Assembly: GCA_963707505.1 (NCBI GenBank)
Contig: CAVPQB010000003.1
Coordinates: 480,001-544,000, forward strand
DNA length: 64,000 nt
Source of the DNA: an uncultured Gemmatimonadales bacterium
GTDB lineage: Bacteria; Gemmatimonadota; Gemmatimonadetes; Gemmatimonadales; Gemmatimonadaceae
Direction: 5' to 3'
The stretch's first letter is position 1, and each line of letters begins with the position of its first letter. Below the pieces are notes generated by a model. The model saw only the letters and a list, made by a program, of their open reading frames with translations. It was not told the DNA's origin and did not search any database. The translations under genes were made by a program, and so were the position numbers. Of the stretch, positions 21,959 to 33,800 are shown in pieces.

Positions 21959-22932
21959 ATGGCGACTGCAGCAACGACCATGGATTTCGAGAAGCCGATC
22001 GCGGAGCTCGAGCGCAAGATCGACGAGCTCAAGCACGCTCGCGGGCGATCGTGCCGTGAACGTCGACGACGAGATCGTGCTCACTCGAGCGGAAGCTGAG
22101 CGAGCTACGTGGTGACATATACAAGAATCTGACTCCGATTCAGCGCGTGCAGGTCGCGCGCAATGTTCGGCGTCCGTTCATGCTCGACTACGTCGCGCGC
22201 ATCTTCACCGACTTCATAGAGCTGCACGGCGATCGCGCTTTTCGCGACGACGCGGCGATCGTCGGTGGATGGGCGCGACTCGATGGCGAGACGGTGATGC
22301 TGGTCGGACATCAGCGCGGACACGACACCAAGGAAAATCTCAGGCGCAACTTCGGAATGCCGCATCCGGAGGGCTACCGAAAGGCGCTTCGTCTGATGAA
22401 GCTCGCGGAGAAGTTTCACGTTCCGGTCCTCACGTTCATCGACACGCCCGGCGCGTATCCGGGACTCGGTGCTGAAGAGCGCGGCCAGTCCGAGGCGATC
22501 GCGCGCAATCTTCTGGAGATGAGCCAGCTTCAGGTTCCGATCATCGCAACGGTGATCGGCGAGGGTGGCTCTGGTGGCGCGCTCGCGCTCGGCGTCGCGG
22601 ATCGCGTGTTGATGATGGAGAACGCGGTTTACTCTGTCATCACTGTCGAAGGATGTGCCGCGATTCTCTGGAAGGACGGCAAGTCTCCCGAGATGCGCGA
22701 TCGTGCGGCAAACGCGCTTCGCATCACGTCACCCGACCTGCTCGAGATGCGCGTGATCGACGAGATCGTGCCGGAACCGGAGGGTGGGGCGCACGCCAAC
22801 CACGAGGCTGCTGCGCGCTCGCTCGCTGAGGTGCTCAACACCAATCTGGAAGAGTTGCGCAAGCTGCGGCCTGAGCGGTTGGTGAGACGACGCAGGCAGA
22901 AGTATCTAAGGATGGGACAGTGGGCGGAGTAG
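21959..22932 (+). CDS. accA: Acetyl-CoA carboxylase carboxyltransferase alpha (frameshifts ~22035-22085)
   Basis: [44 protein letters not shown]. Confidence 0.95.
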
Positions 22933-22947
22933 TCGAATCGGCGAGAT

Positions 22948-23003
22948 CGTCATTCCCGCGAAAGCGGAATGACGATCCCTGACCCGCTTTCGCGGGAATG
23001 ACG
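22948..23003. repeat. CGTC-type REP doublet
   Basis: CGTCATTCCCGCGAAAGCGGAATGACG and CCCGCTTTCGCGGGAATGACG. Confidence 0.85.
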
Positions 23004-24112
23004 AAGAGTCGCAGCATTCAAGCGTGCGAATCGAAAGGAGTTCTTCGGCTGGGACGGGGAGACGCCGCCGCCTGCTCGCACAGCAGTGATTGTCGAAGCG
23101 GATCGGGGTGAGGATCTGGGTACCGTGCACGCGATCGGCGATCTCGCCGCGCAGCGCAATGCGGGCTGTGCGCACGGTTGCGGCGAGCCGGTGCGAAAGG
23201 CGCTGCGCGTTGCGACAAAGCGCGACGTTCGGCAGAGCGAGTCGCTTCAAAAGGCGAACGACGACGCGCGACAGCGTGCCGCGGACAAGGTGCGCGCTGC
23301 GAATCTTCAGATGAAGATCTCGGACGCCGAGTGGCAGTGGGACAAGAAGAAGCTGACGTTGTATTTCACGGCCGAAAAGCGCGTCGATTTCCGGAATCTC
23401 GTGCGAGATCTGGCAGCGGCATTTCGCACGCGCATCGAGCTCAAGCAGATCGGCGTACGAGACGAGGCCAAGCGACTGGATGGCATTGGACGCTGCGGAC
23501 GCCAGTATTGCTCGGCGGCGTGGCTGCCGGAGCTTCGACCGGTGAATCTTGGTGTCGCCAAGGATCAGCGGCTATCACTCAATCCATCGCAGATATCGGG
23601 CGCCTGCGGGCGGCTCATGTGTTGCCTCCGTTACGAGCACGAGTTCTACGTGGAGACGCGGCGGCGCTTTCCGAAGGAAGGACGGATCGTCACGACGACG
23701 GTGGGCGAGGAGAAGGTTCTGACGGTCGATCTGTTCCGCGAGGCCGTCACGCTGCGGAACGCGGAAGGCGCATTGCGAACGATTCCGCTGGAAGCGTTCA
23801 ATGCGGAAGTTGCTGGTCGTCCGACACCAACGCTGGCGCCGTGCGAGGACGATACCGACGAGTCGTCGGACGAGATCTCGCCGGAGCTGATGTACACGTC
23901 CGAGTTCGCCATTCCGGAGCCGCGACTGGTCATTCTTACCGAAACGGTGGAGACCGAGGCAGCTCCGCCCGTGCAGACACGGAAGCCGGAGCGTCGCAGG
24001 CGTGGCAGGCGTCGGCGGAAGCGGCAGCGGCGGAAGTGGCGATGGTGGGAGCGCTAACGGCTCCGGTCCACCCAGGCCGAACGACCGAAAGGGGCCAGCG
24101 AAGGAAGACTGA
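23002..24112 (+). CDS. ricT: PSP1 / RicT (YaaT)-like protein; start codon not found, probable frameshift near 24013
   Basis: [52 protein letters not shown]. The frame is open upstream to [13 protein letters not shown]. Confidence 0.85.
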
Positions 24113-24153
24113 CTGATCGAGTCACGTTTTTGACAGCTGTTATAAATTGCGAC

Positions 24154-25702
24154 GTGCCCAAAAAGTATTATATCACCACCGCGATCGACTACGCCAACGG
24201 CGACCCGCACCTGGGGCACGCCTTCGAGAAGATCGGCGCTGACGTCCTGGCCCGGTACCACCGCCTTCGTGGCGAGAAGGTGCTGTTCGTCACCGGAATG
24301 GACGAGCACGGTCAGAAGGTCGCGCAGTCCGCGGCCAAGGAAGGCCGGACGTCCGCAGGCACAGGTCGATGAGATCGCACGCAGATTTCAGGAAGCGTGG
24401 GCCGCGCTCGGAATCTCGTACGATCGCTTCGTGCGTACCACTAGCGAACAGCACAAGATCGGCGTCCGTGCGCTGATCGAGCGCATCTTCGAGCGTGCGC
24501 CGGATAACTTCTACACCAAGACCTACGCCGGCTGGTATTGCGTCGGTTGCGAGGCGTTCAAGACCGAAGAAGAGATCGTCGACGGCAAGTGCGTGCTGCA
24601 TCCAACACGCACGCTCGAATGGGTCGAGGAACGCAACTGGTTCTTCCGGCTGAGCGCGTACGCAGATCGACTGCGGACACTTGATTGCGAGCGGAAATTT
24701 TCTGCAGCCGCGAAGCCGCGCGAACGAGATACTGTCGCTCATCGATCAGGGACTGGAAGATGTGTCCGCCAGTCGCGCGCGCGCGGGATGGGGAGTTCCC
24801 TTCCCTCGCGACACCGGCGATGGCGAGCCGCAGACGACGTACGTGTGGTTCGACGCGCTTCCGAACTACATCACGGCTGTGGGTTTCCCGGATACCAGCG
24901 GCGAGTTCGCGAAGTGGTGGCCGGCGCGACGTGCACGTGATCGGCAAGGACATCACGCGCTTCCACGCGCTCATCTGGCCGGCGATGCTGATCGCGGCGG
25001 AGCTTGCCGTTACCAAAGCTGGTGTGGGCGCACGGCTTCGTGCTGCTCGGCGGCGACCGGTTCAGCAAGTCCGCCGGCGTCACGCTCGATCTGCAGGATG
25101 CGGTGACGCGGTTCGGCGCTGACCCGTTCCGGTACTTCCTGATGCGCGAGGTTCCGTTCGACGCCGACGGAAACTTTTCGTGGGAGCGATTCGAGGAGCG
25201 TTACAACGCCGATCTCGCAAATGCGTGGGGCAATCTCGCCAGCCGCACTATCGCGATGATAGAGAAGTATCGCGGCGCGATAGTTCCAGTCGCGGAGGTG
25301 AACGAGCTGGATGCAGTGGATGCAGCCGACATGGCCGCGTATGACGCCGCGATGCAGGACAATCTTCCCAATCGCGCGCTCGAGTACATCTGGGCAACTG
25401 TCGCCCGCGGGAACGAGTACGTTGATCGGCAGGCGCCCTGGAAGCTCGCAAAGGATCCGACAAGGCAGGATGAGCTGGACGCGACGCTGGCGGCGCTGGT
25501 GAGGCAATTGACGCGGCAGGCGATCGCTTTGTCGCCGTTCATGCCTGGACGATGCGCGGAGCTCCTGTCGCAGTTGGGCGCCCCGGCGGATTTCCTCGCG
25601 ACACCCGGGAGATTGGGCGACGGCGGGGTTACGACGTTCGAGGTGACAGGTTGGCGCGTGGCGAAAGGCGCGTCGTTGTTTCCGAAGAAGGAAATCGCGT
25701 AA
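24154..25702 (+). CDS. metG: Methionyl-tRNA synthetase, short form (several frameshifts)
   Basis: [29 protein letters not shown] knuckle, [21 protein letters not shown] (KMSKS equivalent), APWKL. Confidence 0.95.
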
Positions 25703-25729
25703 AGGCCCGCCACGCGTCAAATAGGGTCG

Positions 25730-27823
25730 TCATCGTAAATACCGTTCCAGAAACGCCGCCGTCGCTTCGTACGATTGAATCCAGTGCGAATGCAGAAGCC
25801 ATTCGTGCGTTTCGTCAGGGTAGATCAGCGTTTCGACGTGCACACCATGGTTGCGCAGGTCTTCGGTCAATTGCACGGTCTGCATGAAGTCCACGTTGCG
25901 GTCGTCGTCGCCCTGGATTAGCAACACGGGAGCGCGCCAGTGCGACAGATCGCTCATCGGCGACGACGCGTACGCGAGGCGGCGTGCCTTCATCTCGCGA
26001 TCTTCGTCCCACGTGTCTTCCATCCTGCTCCACTCCAGATTCCAGTCGTGCACGCCGGCGAAATCGACGCCGACCTTGTAGTCAGCCGGATCGCGCGCGA
26101 GCGACAGGGCGGTCATGTAGCCGCCATACGAACCTCCCCAAACACCGATGCGCGCGGGATCGACTTCGCTTCGCGCGCGTAGATAGTGCGCAGCGGCGAT
26201 TGCGTCGTGCGCCTCGGCGCCGCCGCCCGGCCCATAGTCGAGCGCTTCGCGGAAATCGAGTCCGTAACCAATTCCGCTGCGGTAGTTCACCGAAAGTACG
26301 ACGTAGCCCCGACTCACGAGGTACTGATTCAGTCCGTACGCGTTGTGGTAATAGCCCATCGGATTGAAGCCGAGCAGCATCTGACGCTGGGAGCCGCCGT
26401 GGTAGAAGACCACGGCCGGATGTCGCTTGCCGTCGCGTGCAGTGGACGGAAGAAAGAGCTGTCCGTGCAACAGCAGACCATCGGTGGATCGGAACGTGAC
26501 CTGCTGCGGAGTGACGAGCTGTGCGGAGGGGAAATCTGGCGGGATCGTGGTTGGGGCGAGATCAGCGATCGCACCGCGTTCCCGCAACATCGCCGGGCGC
26601 GCGGGCGTCGTCGCTCCTGAGTGAAGCAGCGCAACACCGCCCTGCACCGCCGCTGGCGCCCACTCGATGCCGCTACCGGATGTCAGGGGTGTCGGGACAC
26701 CGCCACCTGTAGGCACTGACCAGATGTGCAACAAATCGATACGGTTCCCTTCATTCGCGACGTACACTATGCTGTGTCCATCGAGTCCGGAAGTCGCGGA
26801 CACCACTTCGCGCTCGCCGGTTGTAAGCGCGACTGGCGCTCCGGCGGTGGAACCAGCGGATATCGAGTAGATCCTGTTCCAGCCTCCGGACTCCCAAGGG
26901 AACGCGATGCGACTGTCGGCGGTCCAGATGAGCTGGTCGCGTGAATCGGTGCGACGGAACATGCTTCCTGGGCCGGACGTGGCGCGCCAGAGCTCGCGCG
27001 CCGTACCCGTCGCCGGATCCGCGACGAGGATGGACCAGGGCTGCCCTGCGCGCCTTAACGCGTGCTGTGGCTGCCGCGTGAGCGTTGGCTGCCTGATGAA
27101 AGCGACAGCGCGTCCGTTCGGCGACCAGACGGGATAGCCGTCATCATCCACAGACGGATCCATGTAGCGAAGCGTCGAATCGCGTACGTTGAAGACGCCA
27201 ATAAACGAGTGATCGGCGCGAGCGCTCGTGAACGCTATCTCCGAACCGTCGGGCGACCATCTGACGTTTCCATCGCGGCCGCGTCCGACGAACAGACGCC
27301 TTTCGTGGGCACCGCTATCGAGCGCCACCGTGTAGATCACGCCGCCTCGCGTAAAAGCCACGATCTTCCCGTCCGGTGACGGCTCCGGCGCAGCGCCCTC
27401 GGCGAGCGTGCGCGGTGCGCCGCCATCGACACGAGCGAGCATCACGAGCTGGCTGCGGCCCTTCGCATCGAGTGCGGGGTTTGGATATTCACCGCGATCA
27501 TTCCTGCCCGATCCGCGTACGAACACGACGCCGCTTCCGTCAGCGAGCCAGCGTGGCGAGCTCATCTCCCAGCCGTCGTCGGCAGTGTATGGCGTGATTG
27601 CACGCGCACGCCAGTCCGGCGCGCGCGCGATCCAGAGATTGTTGGGGCCTGCCTGATCGAAGACCCAGGCGACCGCGTCTCCACGGGGCGACGCAACCAG
27701 GTCTGTCGGAAACGGCGCGCTCAGTATCTGCGGGATTGTGAACGAGGACGTGGTTGCCTGCGCATCGAGGACGCACGCCGCGAGAGATGCGAATGCGAAG
27801 ACAGTGAGTGGGAGTTTGCGCAT
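25730..27823 (-). CDS. S9 family peptidase (beta-propeller plus alpha/beta hydrolase), exported
   Basis: Signal peptide, WSPDG/WSPNG repeats, YHGG, GGSYGG nucleophile, GDDDRNV, YPDETH. Confidence 0.92.
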   Translation of the reverse strand: MRKLPLTVFAFASLAACVLDAQATTSSFTIPQILSAPFPTDLVASPRGDAVAWVFDQAGPNNLWIARAPDWRARAITPYTADDGWEMSSPRWLADGSGVVFVRGSGRNDRGEYPNPALDAKGRSQLVMLARVDGGAPRTLAEGAAPEPSPDGKIVAFTRGGVIYTVALDSGAHERRLFVGRGRDGNVRWSPDGSEIAFTSARADHSFIGVFNVRDSTLRYMDPSVDDDGYPVWSPNGRAVAFIRQPTLTRQPQHALRRAGQPWSILVADPATGTARELWRATSGPGSMFRRTDSRDQLIWTADSRIAFPWESGGWNRIYSISAGSTAGAPVALTTGEREVVSATSGLDGHSIVYVANEGNRIDLLHIWSVPTGGGVPTPLTSGSGIEWAPAAVQGGVALLHSGATTPARPAMLRERGAIADLAPTTIPPDFPSAQLVTPQQVTFRSTDGLLLHGQLFLPSTARDGKRHPAVVFYHGGSQRQMLLGFNPMGYYHNAYGLNQYLVSRGYVVLSVNYRSGIGYGLDFREALDYGPGGGAEAHDAIAAAHYLRARSEVDPARIGVWGGSYGGYMTALSLARDPADYKVGVDFAGVHDWNLEWSRMEDTWDEDREMKARRLAYASSPMSDLSHWRAPVLLIQGDDDRNVDFMQTVQLTEDLRNHGVHVETLIYPDETHEWLLHSHWIQSYEATAAFLERYLR

Positions 27824-27824
27824 G

Positions 27825-28844
27825 TCAGTGAGCCGCCATCGCGTGCTGGTACACGATGTGCGACACGTCGGCTATGAGTGAATCGGCAACGGACTCCTTC
27901 TCGATGCCTTTGGTGAGCACCACGAGGACGTACGGAGAACGACCGCGCGGATACACGATCGCCGCGTCGTGTGCTATTGCAGTGATGTCCCCCGTCTTGT
28001 GCGCTACCCGTGTGCCGGGCGGGAGTCCGGCGGGGATCTTCTCGTTGAATTGTTGAGCGAGGAGAATGTCGCGCATGGCGTCCGTGGATGCCGGCGATGC
28101 AGCCTTTCCGGTCTCGATATCTCTCAGAAGTATCGCGAGATCGCGAGCCGTCGCCATGTTGTTGAGTCCCTTTTCGAACGCCTTCTCGTCCTCCACGCCG
28201 CGAAGAACCAGCATGCGTCGAGCGCCGAGCGAGCGCATCATGGCGTTCACGCTATCGGGGTTGGCGAGAGCGATGAGTGTGTTGGTTGCGAGGTTGCTCG
28301 ATCGCGTGATCATGTGCTGGATGAGATCTCGTATCGTTACGGAATCGCCAACCAGCTTGTACATCGCGCTGTCGCTATCGACAGCTGGATCCTGCACGTA
28401 CGGTGAGCCGTCGACTATCGACGTGAATCGATTCACGACCAGGATGCGTTGGTCGAGCGAGAGACGACCTGCGTCCGATTCGCGAAAGAGCCGCATCATC
28501 ACCGGAACCTTCATCGTGCTGGCGGCGTGCATGAGGCTGTCGGCGTTGATGAAGAGTGTATCGCCGGTGGCGAGATCGATGTACGCGACGCCGACGAGGG
28601 CGCCGGGGGCGCGGGCGACGCGGGCTTCGATCTGACGTTGTAGTCCTGCCCTCGGCAACGCGCTCGCGGGTGGATATCTGCATGCGCTGACGGTCACGAG
28701 TGCGCAGGTTGCTGCAAGCCGCAGCGTCGCCGGAATCTCAGGGACGCGTGGGCGCGTACCGCAGATGTTTCGTGCTAGGGATGTGTTCCACATTTTGCAA
28801 CCCAGTGCCGGATTAGTAGGTTGCGAAAATATACGCCCGTGCAT
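27825..28844 (-). CDS. Class A beta-lactamase-like serine hydrolase, probable lipoprotein
   Basis: SxxK (ASTMK), SSN, HKTG; VSAC lipobox-like site. True start probably downstream of 28844. Confidence 0.85.
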   Translation of the reverse strand: MHGRIFSQPTNPALGCKMWNTSLARNICGTRPRVPEIPATLRLAATCALVTVSACRYPPASALPRAGLQRQIEARVARAPGALVGVAYIDLATGDTLFINADSLMHAASTMKVPVMMRLFRESDAGRLSLDQRILVVNRFTSIVDGSPYVQDPAVDSDSAMYKLVGDSVTIRDLIQHMITRSSNLATNTLIALANPDSVNAMMRSLGARRMLVLRGVEDEKAFEKGLNNMATARDLAILLRDIETGKAASPASTDAMRDILLAQQFNEKIPAGLPPGTRVAHKTGDITAIAHDAAIVYPRGRSPYVLVVLTKGIEKESVADSLIADVSHIVYQHAMAAH

Positions 28845-28875
28845 CCGATCAGCGCGACGTCGCGCTGATCGGATG
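28842..28875. terminator. Perfect 34-bp palindrome (hairpin, possible terminator)
   Basis: CATCCGATCAGCGCGAC|GTCGCGCTGATCGGATG; no U tract. Confidence 0.5.
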
Positions 28876-28904
28876 GCTTCCCCGGGCAGCTCGGACGCAG
28901 AGTG

Positions 28905-29369
28905 CTAGTTCTTGGTGATCACCTGTATGACGCCGCCCATGTGGCCGCTGCCGAACTTGTACTGCGCATCGTATGACTGGAAAAAGCGAATCTCCATTAC
29001 GTCCTGAGCGGTGATCTCGCGCAACGCGTTGACGTCACTCGAGTAGTAGGTGTCATCCACAAATACGTGGACAGGGATCGGCGGGACGTTGGGGTTCTGG
29101 GACTCGCGGCCGCGACTGTGCAGGAAGTTCGCGTGCGTCTGAGCCACTATGTCGTAAGCGTCCGCCACGCGCAGCTGCCCAATCTGGTCTTCGGTGACCA
29201 CCATCGGGTCACCGCCGGGCGCTACGGCCGTGTTGGAATGGGTGCATCCTGCAACGGCAACGACGAGGGCAAGGAGGATGCGGGCGGCGTTGAAGCGCCG
29301 TGCTGGCCCAGCAGCCAGAGGTGTGGAAGCCATTGGAGACTCCGAAGTTGGTGCCGGCTCGTCCGACAT
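28905..29369 (-). CDS. Small lipoprotein consisting of a stand-alone TonB-receptor plug-like domain
   Basis: Lipobox VAGC; VVTEDQI...AYDIV...VFVDD...LREI...DVMEIRF...AQYKFG...GGVIQVITK matches the plug pattern; stop immediately after it. Confidence 0.75.
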   Translation of the reverse strand: MSDEPAPTSESPMASTPLAAGPARRFNAARILLALVVAVAGCTHSNTAVAPGGDPMVVTEDQIGQLRVADAYDIVAQTHANFLHSRGRESQNPNVPPIPVHVFVDDTYYSSDVNALREITAQDVMEIRFFQSYDAQYKFGSGHMGGVIQVITKN

Positions 29370-29392
29370 GGTCCGGCGTTATGTGTTACAGC

Positions 29393-29422
29393 ACAAAGGG
29401 GGCCCGTCAGGGCCCCCTTTGT
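29393..29422 (-). terminator. Intrinsic terminator after susD2
   Basis: ACAAAGGGGGCCC-GTCA-GGGCCCCCTTTGT. Confidence 0.75.
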
Positions 29423-29452
29423 TTTCTCACAACGTCCGAAAGGACACTGTTG

Positions 29453-30839
29453 TTACGGCACAGGAGTGATGTTGCCGTTGCGAGCGTTCGTTTCGTTCAG
29501 GGTGATGGGGAGGCTCTGTACGAGCGGGTCCGCCGCACCCTTGTTTGGCATGCCAGCCTGCGTAACGTACGCGAGGTTGAACATCTTGTACTCCCTGAGC
29601 GCTACGATGTGCTGCGGACCGAAGTACGTGAATGTGTAACGCAACTCGTACAGCAGCGCATTGATGGCATCCGACGCAGTCGTGAACGTCGAGTATGCCG
29701 GAAGACCACCTTCCACCGTGTGCACGGCGTTGATGTCGTTCGTCGCGCCGACAAGATCGCCCGTCGCGATCTCCGCCTGTGCACGAAGCAGGATCAACTC
29801 AGCGTTGCGTACGATCGGAATCGGCGCCGACTGGAGGCGCGGCGTTGTTCGGATCGGTCAGCTTCAGACGATGCGACGCGGTGAATCCTGCGACCGTCGG
29901 AGCGGACGCCGGAATAACGTTAGCTGCACGTATGTCGCCGGGCATGAAGGAATTCACAAAGTTATCCGTGACCAGCGAGGACGAGCCCTGCTGCGGATTC
30001 GCCGCACTCTCAGGCGACGATGGATTGTACTGGTACCATGGCCCAGTCTGGAGGTACGCCTCTGTCATTGGTGACGGCGCGCCAGCGAGCGCAATGTTCA
30101 GCGCAGTGACCGCCGCCGCCGCACTAGCCGCGTTCGGCGCAACCGGATCCAGCGCGCGCATGACCTCGACCCGTCCTTTCAGACCACGATTGAGCAGGAT
30201 GAGGTTGGCGGTCTGGCTGTAATCTCCGTGGAGCGAATAACCGGACGGCAAAGTGAACGGTACCGTGCTCGATCCCGCCTTCAGATCCACCAGCGCCGAG
30301 TCGAGCAGCGCGGACGTGTAGGCGAGTACGGACGCCTTCGTCTTGATGGGATCCTGTACGGTCGCGTCCGGCCCCTGGATTACGACGCCATTCTGATCGC
30401 GGTACTCGATCAGCCGGATGTAGGAGAGCGCGTCCAGCGTACGAACGAAGCCGCGCGCAGCGCCCTGATCAGCCGCACTGAGCGACGTGAACGATGCGTC
30501 CTTGAGCAGCATCTGCGACGCGCGAAGCATCTGGTAGTAGCCAGTCCACTGCGAGCCACCGATGAAATCGCTGGGATCAGGCGGTGTCACGTAAAACTCC
30601 GTGACGAAGCGGCTTTCATTGGCTGTAGGAACGATGGCATCGCGCGCCATGATCCCTCCCCAAAGAAGATAGCCGCCGTAGTTCACGCGATCCTGCGCTG
30701 TGATACCTGTGAGCAGGGACTGCAGCGTCTGCTGCGATCCTGCCACGACGTTGTCCCGGCTCGGTGCTGCCGGATTATCCTGGCAGGCACCCGCCAGCAC
30801 AAGAGTGCTGGTGAGTGCCGCCGCGATGTATTTCTTCAT
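29453..30839 (-). CDS. SusD/RagB-like lipoprotein (locus 2; frameshift near 29840)
   Basis: Lipobox LAGAC; continues in the shifted frame as PIPIVRNAELILLRAQAE...LLYELRY. Confidence 0.85.
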
Positions 30840-30858
30840 GTAAGTGCGTTCCCCGAGA

Positions 30859-33800
30859 TTAGAATGTGGCGTTGAGCGAGAGGAAGAACTGGCGGCTCGG
30901 CGGATACGGCGTCACGTCCTGCGTGCGGCCGATCGGTGCGTTGCCGAAGTTCGACACCTCGGGGTCATAACCCGTGTAGTTGGTCCAGGTGATCAGATTG
31001 TGCCCGCTTGCCTCGATCCGGAGATCCTTCGCGCGGCTTCCCAACATCCGGTGCGCGAATGATTCGCCGAGGTCGTACGAAAGCGTCAGCTCACGAAGCT
31101 TGGCAAAGCTGCCGTGCTCCGCATATACCGGCTGGCCGGCAAGGAACGCGTTTCCGCGCTTCTGCGCCGCGAGCGTATCGGCAAAGTTGCTGCCAGCGAC
31201 GTTGAAGTCGAAGTAGTTGTTCGTGAGGTTGATCACGTAGCCGCCCTTACGCCAGTCCAGCAAGCTGGAGAGTGTGAGCCTGCCGAGCGTGAAGTCGTTC
31301 GAGAAGCCCATCTGGAAGTCGGGGTTCTGGTCTCCGATGTGGAGCTCGTGACGCGCGCGGCTGACGTACTTGCCGGTCGCATCGAACGTGGAATCGAAGC
31401 CGCTGAACACCACGACCTGCGTGGCGGAGTAGCCTTGCTGGATCTTGTAGCTGCCGAAGCGCTCGCTGAAGCCGGAGCCTGTCGCAAACGCTGGCACCGG
31501 AAGGCTGAGCACCTTGTTCTTGTTACGGGAGAAAGTGGTGTTTGATGTCCACGTAAAGATGCCCGTCTGGATCGGTACCAGGTTCAGTCCGACCTCGGTA
31601 CCGACGTTACGCATCGATCCCGCCGTTGATGACCTTGGTGGTAAAACCGGTCGACGGCGCAAGTCCCGATGTCAGTACCATGCCCGTTGTCTTCTTCTGA
31701 TACTGCGTGACTTCGAGGCCAGCACGTCCACCAAAGAGGGTGGCGTCAAATCCACCTTCGACTTCGGTCGTCAGCTCCGGCTTGATCGTGGAGAGACCGA
31801 TCTGCGCACCCTGGCGCAGTCCGTTGACGCCATCTTCGAGCAATGGCGTAAGGAATGTGTACTTGAAGTTCGACAGGGACACGGTTACCAGCCTTACCGT
31901 ACGCCAGACGCAACTTGAGGTTGTCGGTCTTTGGCGGTAGCCAGGGCAGCTTGTACGAGATCGATGCCTTTGGATACGCAGTTGAATTTGTTCGCGATCG
32001 CCGTTGGTGCTGGAACGCTCTGCGTTGATGGCGCCAGTCAGCAGGAGCCGTTCATTGGCGGTCAGGATTTCTTCCTGAGCGTAGTACGAGAACGACTTGG
32101 TATCGTTCTGCGCCTGGTTGACGGCCGTCTGTGTTGCGGTCGCAATGTTCGTGATGCCGGGGAACAGTCCCTTGCCCTGATTGAAAACGTTGTCAACCTG
32201 CGACCGATCCTGACGCAAACCGAACGATGTAGTCGCCGTGAGCGGTGAAAGAATCAGCTTGTGTGTGCCGTTCAGATTCAGGTTGGCACTGACCACGTTC
32301 GTGTTACCATTGGCAACCGTACCGGCGTACGGGCTGATGACGCCCGACTGCTCCAGATACGTGAACGGGGGTGAGTAGATCAGCGCCTGATCGGAGTAGC
32401 TGTCGACGCCGCCGAGAAGCGAGAAGTCGAGGGTCTGGCGCGTGGAGGCGACTGCAGACCATCCCGCCTGCGCACTACCGATAAGGCGGTAGACGTTCTC
32501 AGGCGTCTTGATCACTTCCTGATCCTGCAAAACGTTGGCGCCGCTGACGGCCCACGGGTCCGCCGTGTAAACGCCGTTGACCTTCCGGGAAAAGTCATAG
32601 AACGACGGCGTGCCGGAGATGACGTCCAGCGGGTTGATCGCGTTGTTGTCGTTACCGGAGATGCCGCGCTTGGTGAGCGTGTGCAGCACTTCGGTATTGG
32701 CGCGCAGATTGATCTTGGAGCCGAACTGCTGCGTCAGGTTGATCCGGAGGTTCTGCTTGTCGTAGCCGTCCGTCGAGGTGATTCCAGCGTCGTGCTTCAC
32801 GCCTGCGGATGTAAAGTACGTCGTGTTGCCGTCACCTGTACCGCCACGCAGCGAGGCCGCAGTCTCGTACGACAGGCCGCGGTTACCGTAGAGCTGATCC
32901 TGTGCATCGGTGCAGCCCGAGTACGGGTTTGCCGCGAAGTAATCCGTGGCAGCCCTTGAATCCTGCCGGCGGATTGGCGTTGACGTAATCCGTCGCCTGC
33001 GCCTGGCTGAAGCAGCGAAGTGCGAGCGTGTTGGCTACGGCCGTCGTTCCGAAACGCTGTACGATATCAAGCGATGGAGTACCAGCGCGACCGCGCTTGG
33101 TGGTGATGATCACGACACCGTTTGCACCGCGCGAGCCGTAGATGGCACCGGCCGACGGCCCCTTGAGGACTTCGATCGATTCGATGTCTTCAGGGTTCAG
33201 GTCGGCGATACGATTGACCTGCTGATCCTGACTGGACGAGATCGCGCCGCCAGCACCCGTGATGCTGTTGAGGCCGTTTCCGAACGCGGAGTTATCCACG
33301 GCGACACCGTCAACGACGTACAGCGGCTGATAGTTACCGTTCACGGTATTGGTACCGCGAAGCTGCAACTGGATTCCGCCGCCTGGTGCGCCCGAGTTGG
33401 ACGTGATCACGGCGCCGGGAACCTTGCCCTGCAGCGCGCTCTCGATGTTCTGCTGCGGAACCTTGTTGATCTGTTCGGTGTTTACCACCGTTACAGCGTT
33501 TGCAGCGTTCGCGCGAGAAACTGTCGTCGCCTGACCGGTGATGACCTGCGTCTCGAGCTGAAGAACGTCGCGAGCGAGCGACACTGTGACCGAGTTGTCG
33601 TTGGCGCCGACGGGGACGACCTTGGCCGCAAAGCCGATGCGGCGAATACGCAACTGATGTGCACCGGCCGGCACGCTGATGTTGAAGTTACCGTTGTCAT
33701 CAGCGGTACCGCCGAGGGTGGTGCCCACTACCTGAACCGTTGCTCCGGGGATAGGCTCGGTGCCCCCCTGGACGGTGACGTGACCGGTCACGCGCCGCGT

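Noticed and set aside
28795..28811. Sigma54-like CCGGCACTGGGTTGCA upstream of the serine hydrolase
   Set aside because: GG-to-GC spacing is 9 rather than the required 10; viable only if a base is missing.
13498..29412. GCCCGTCAGGG shared by two hairpins in SusCD loci
   Set aside because: It is a stem arm in one and spans the loop in the other; a GC-rich 11-mer, likely chance.
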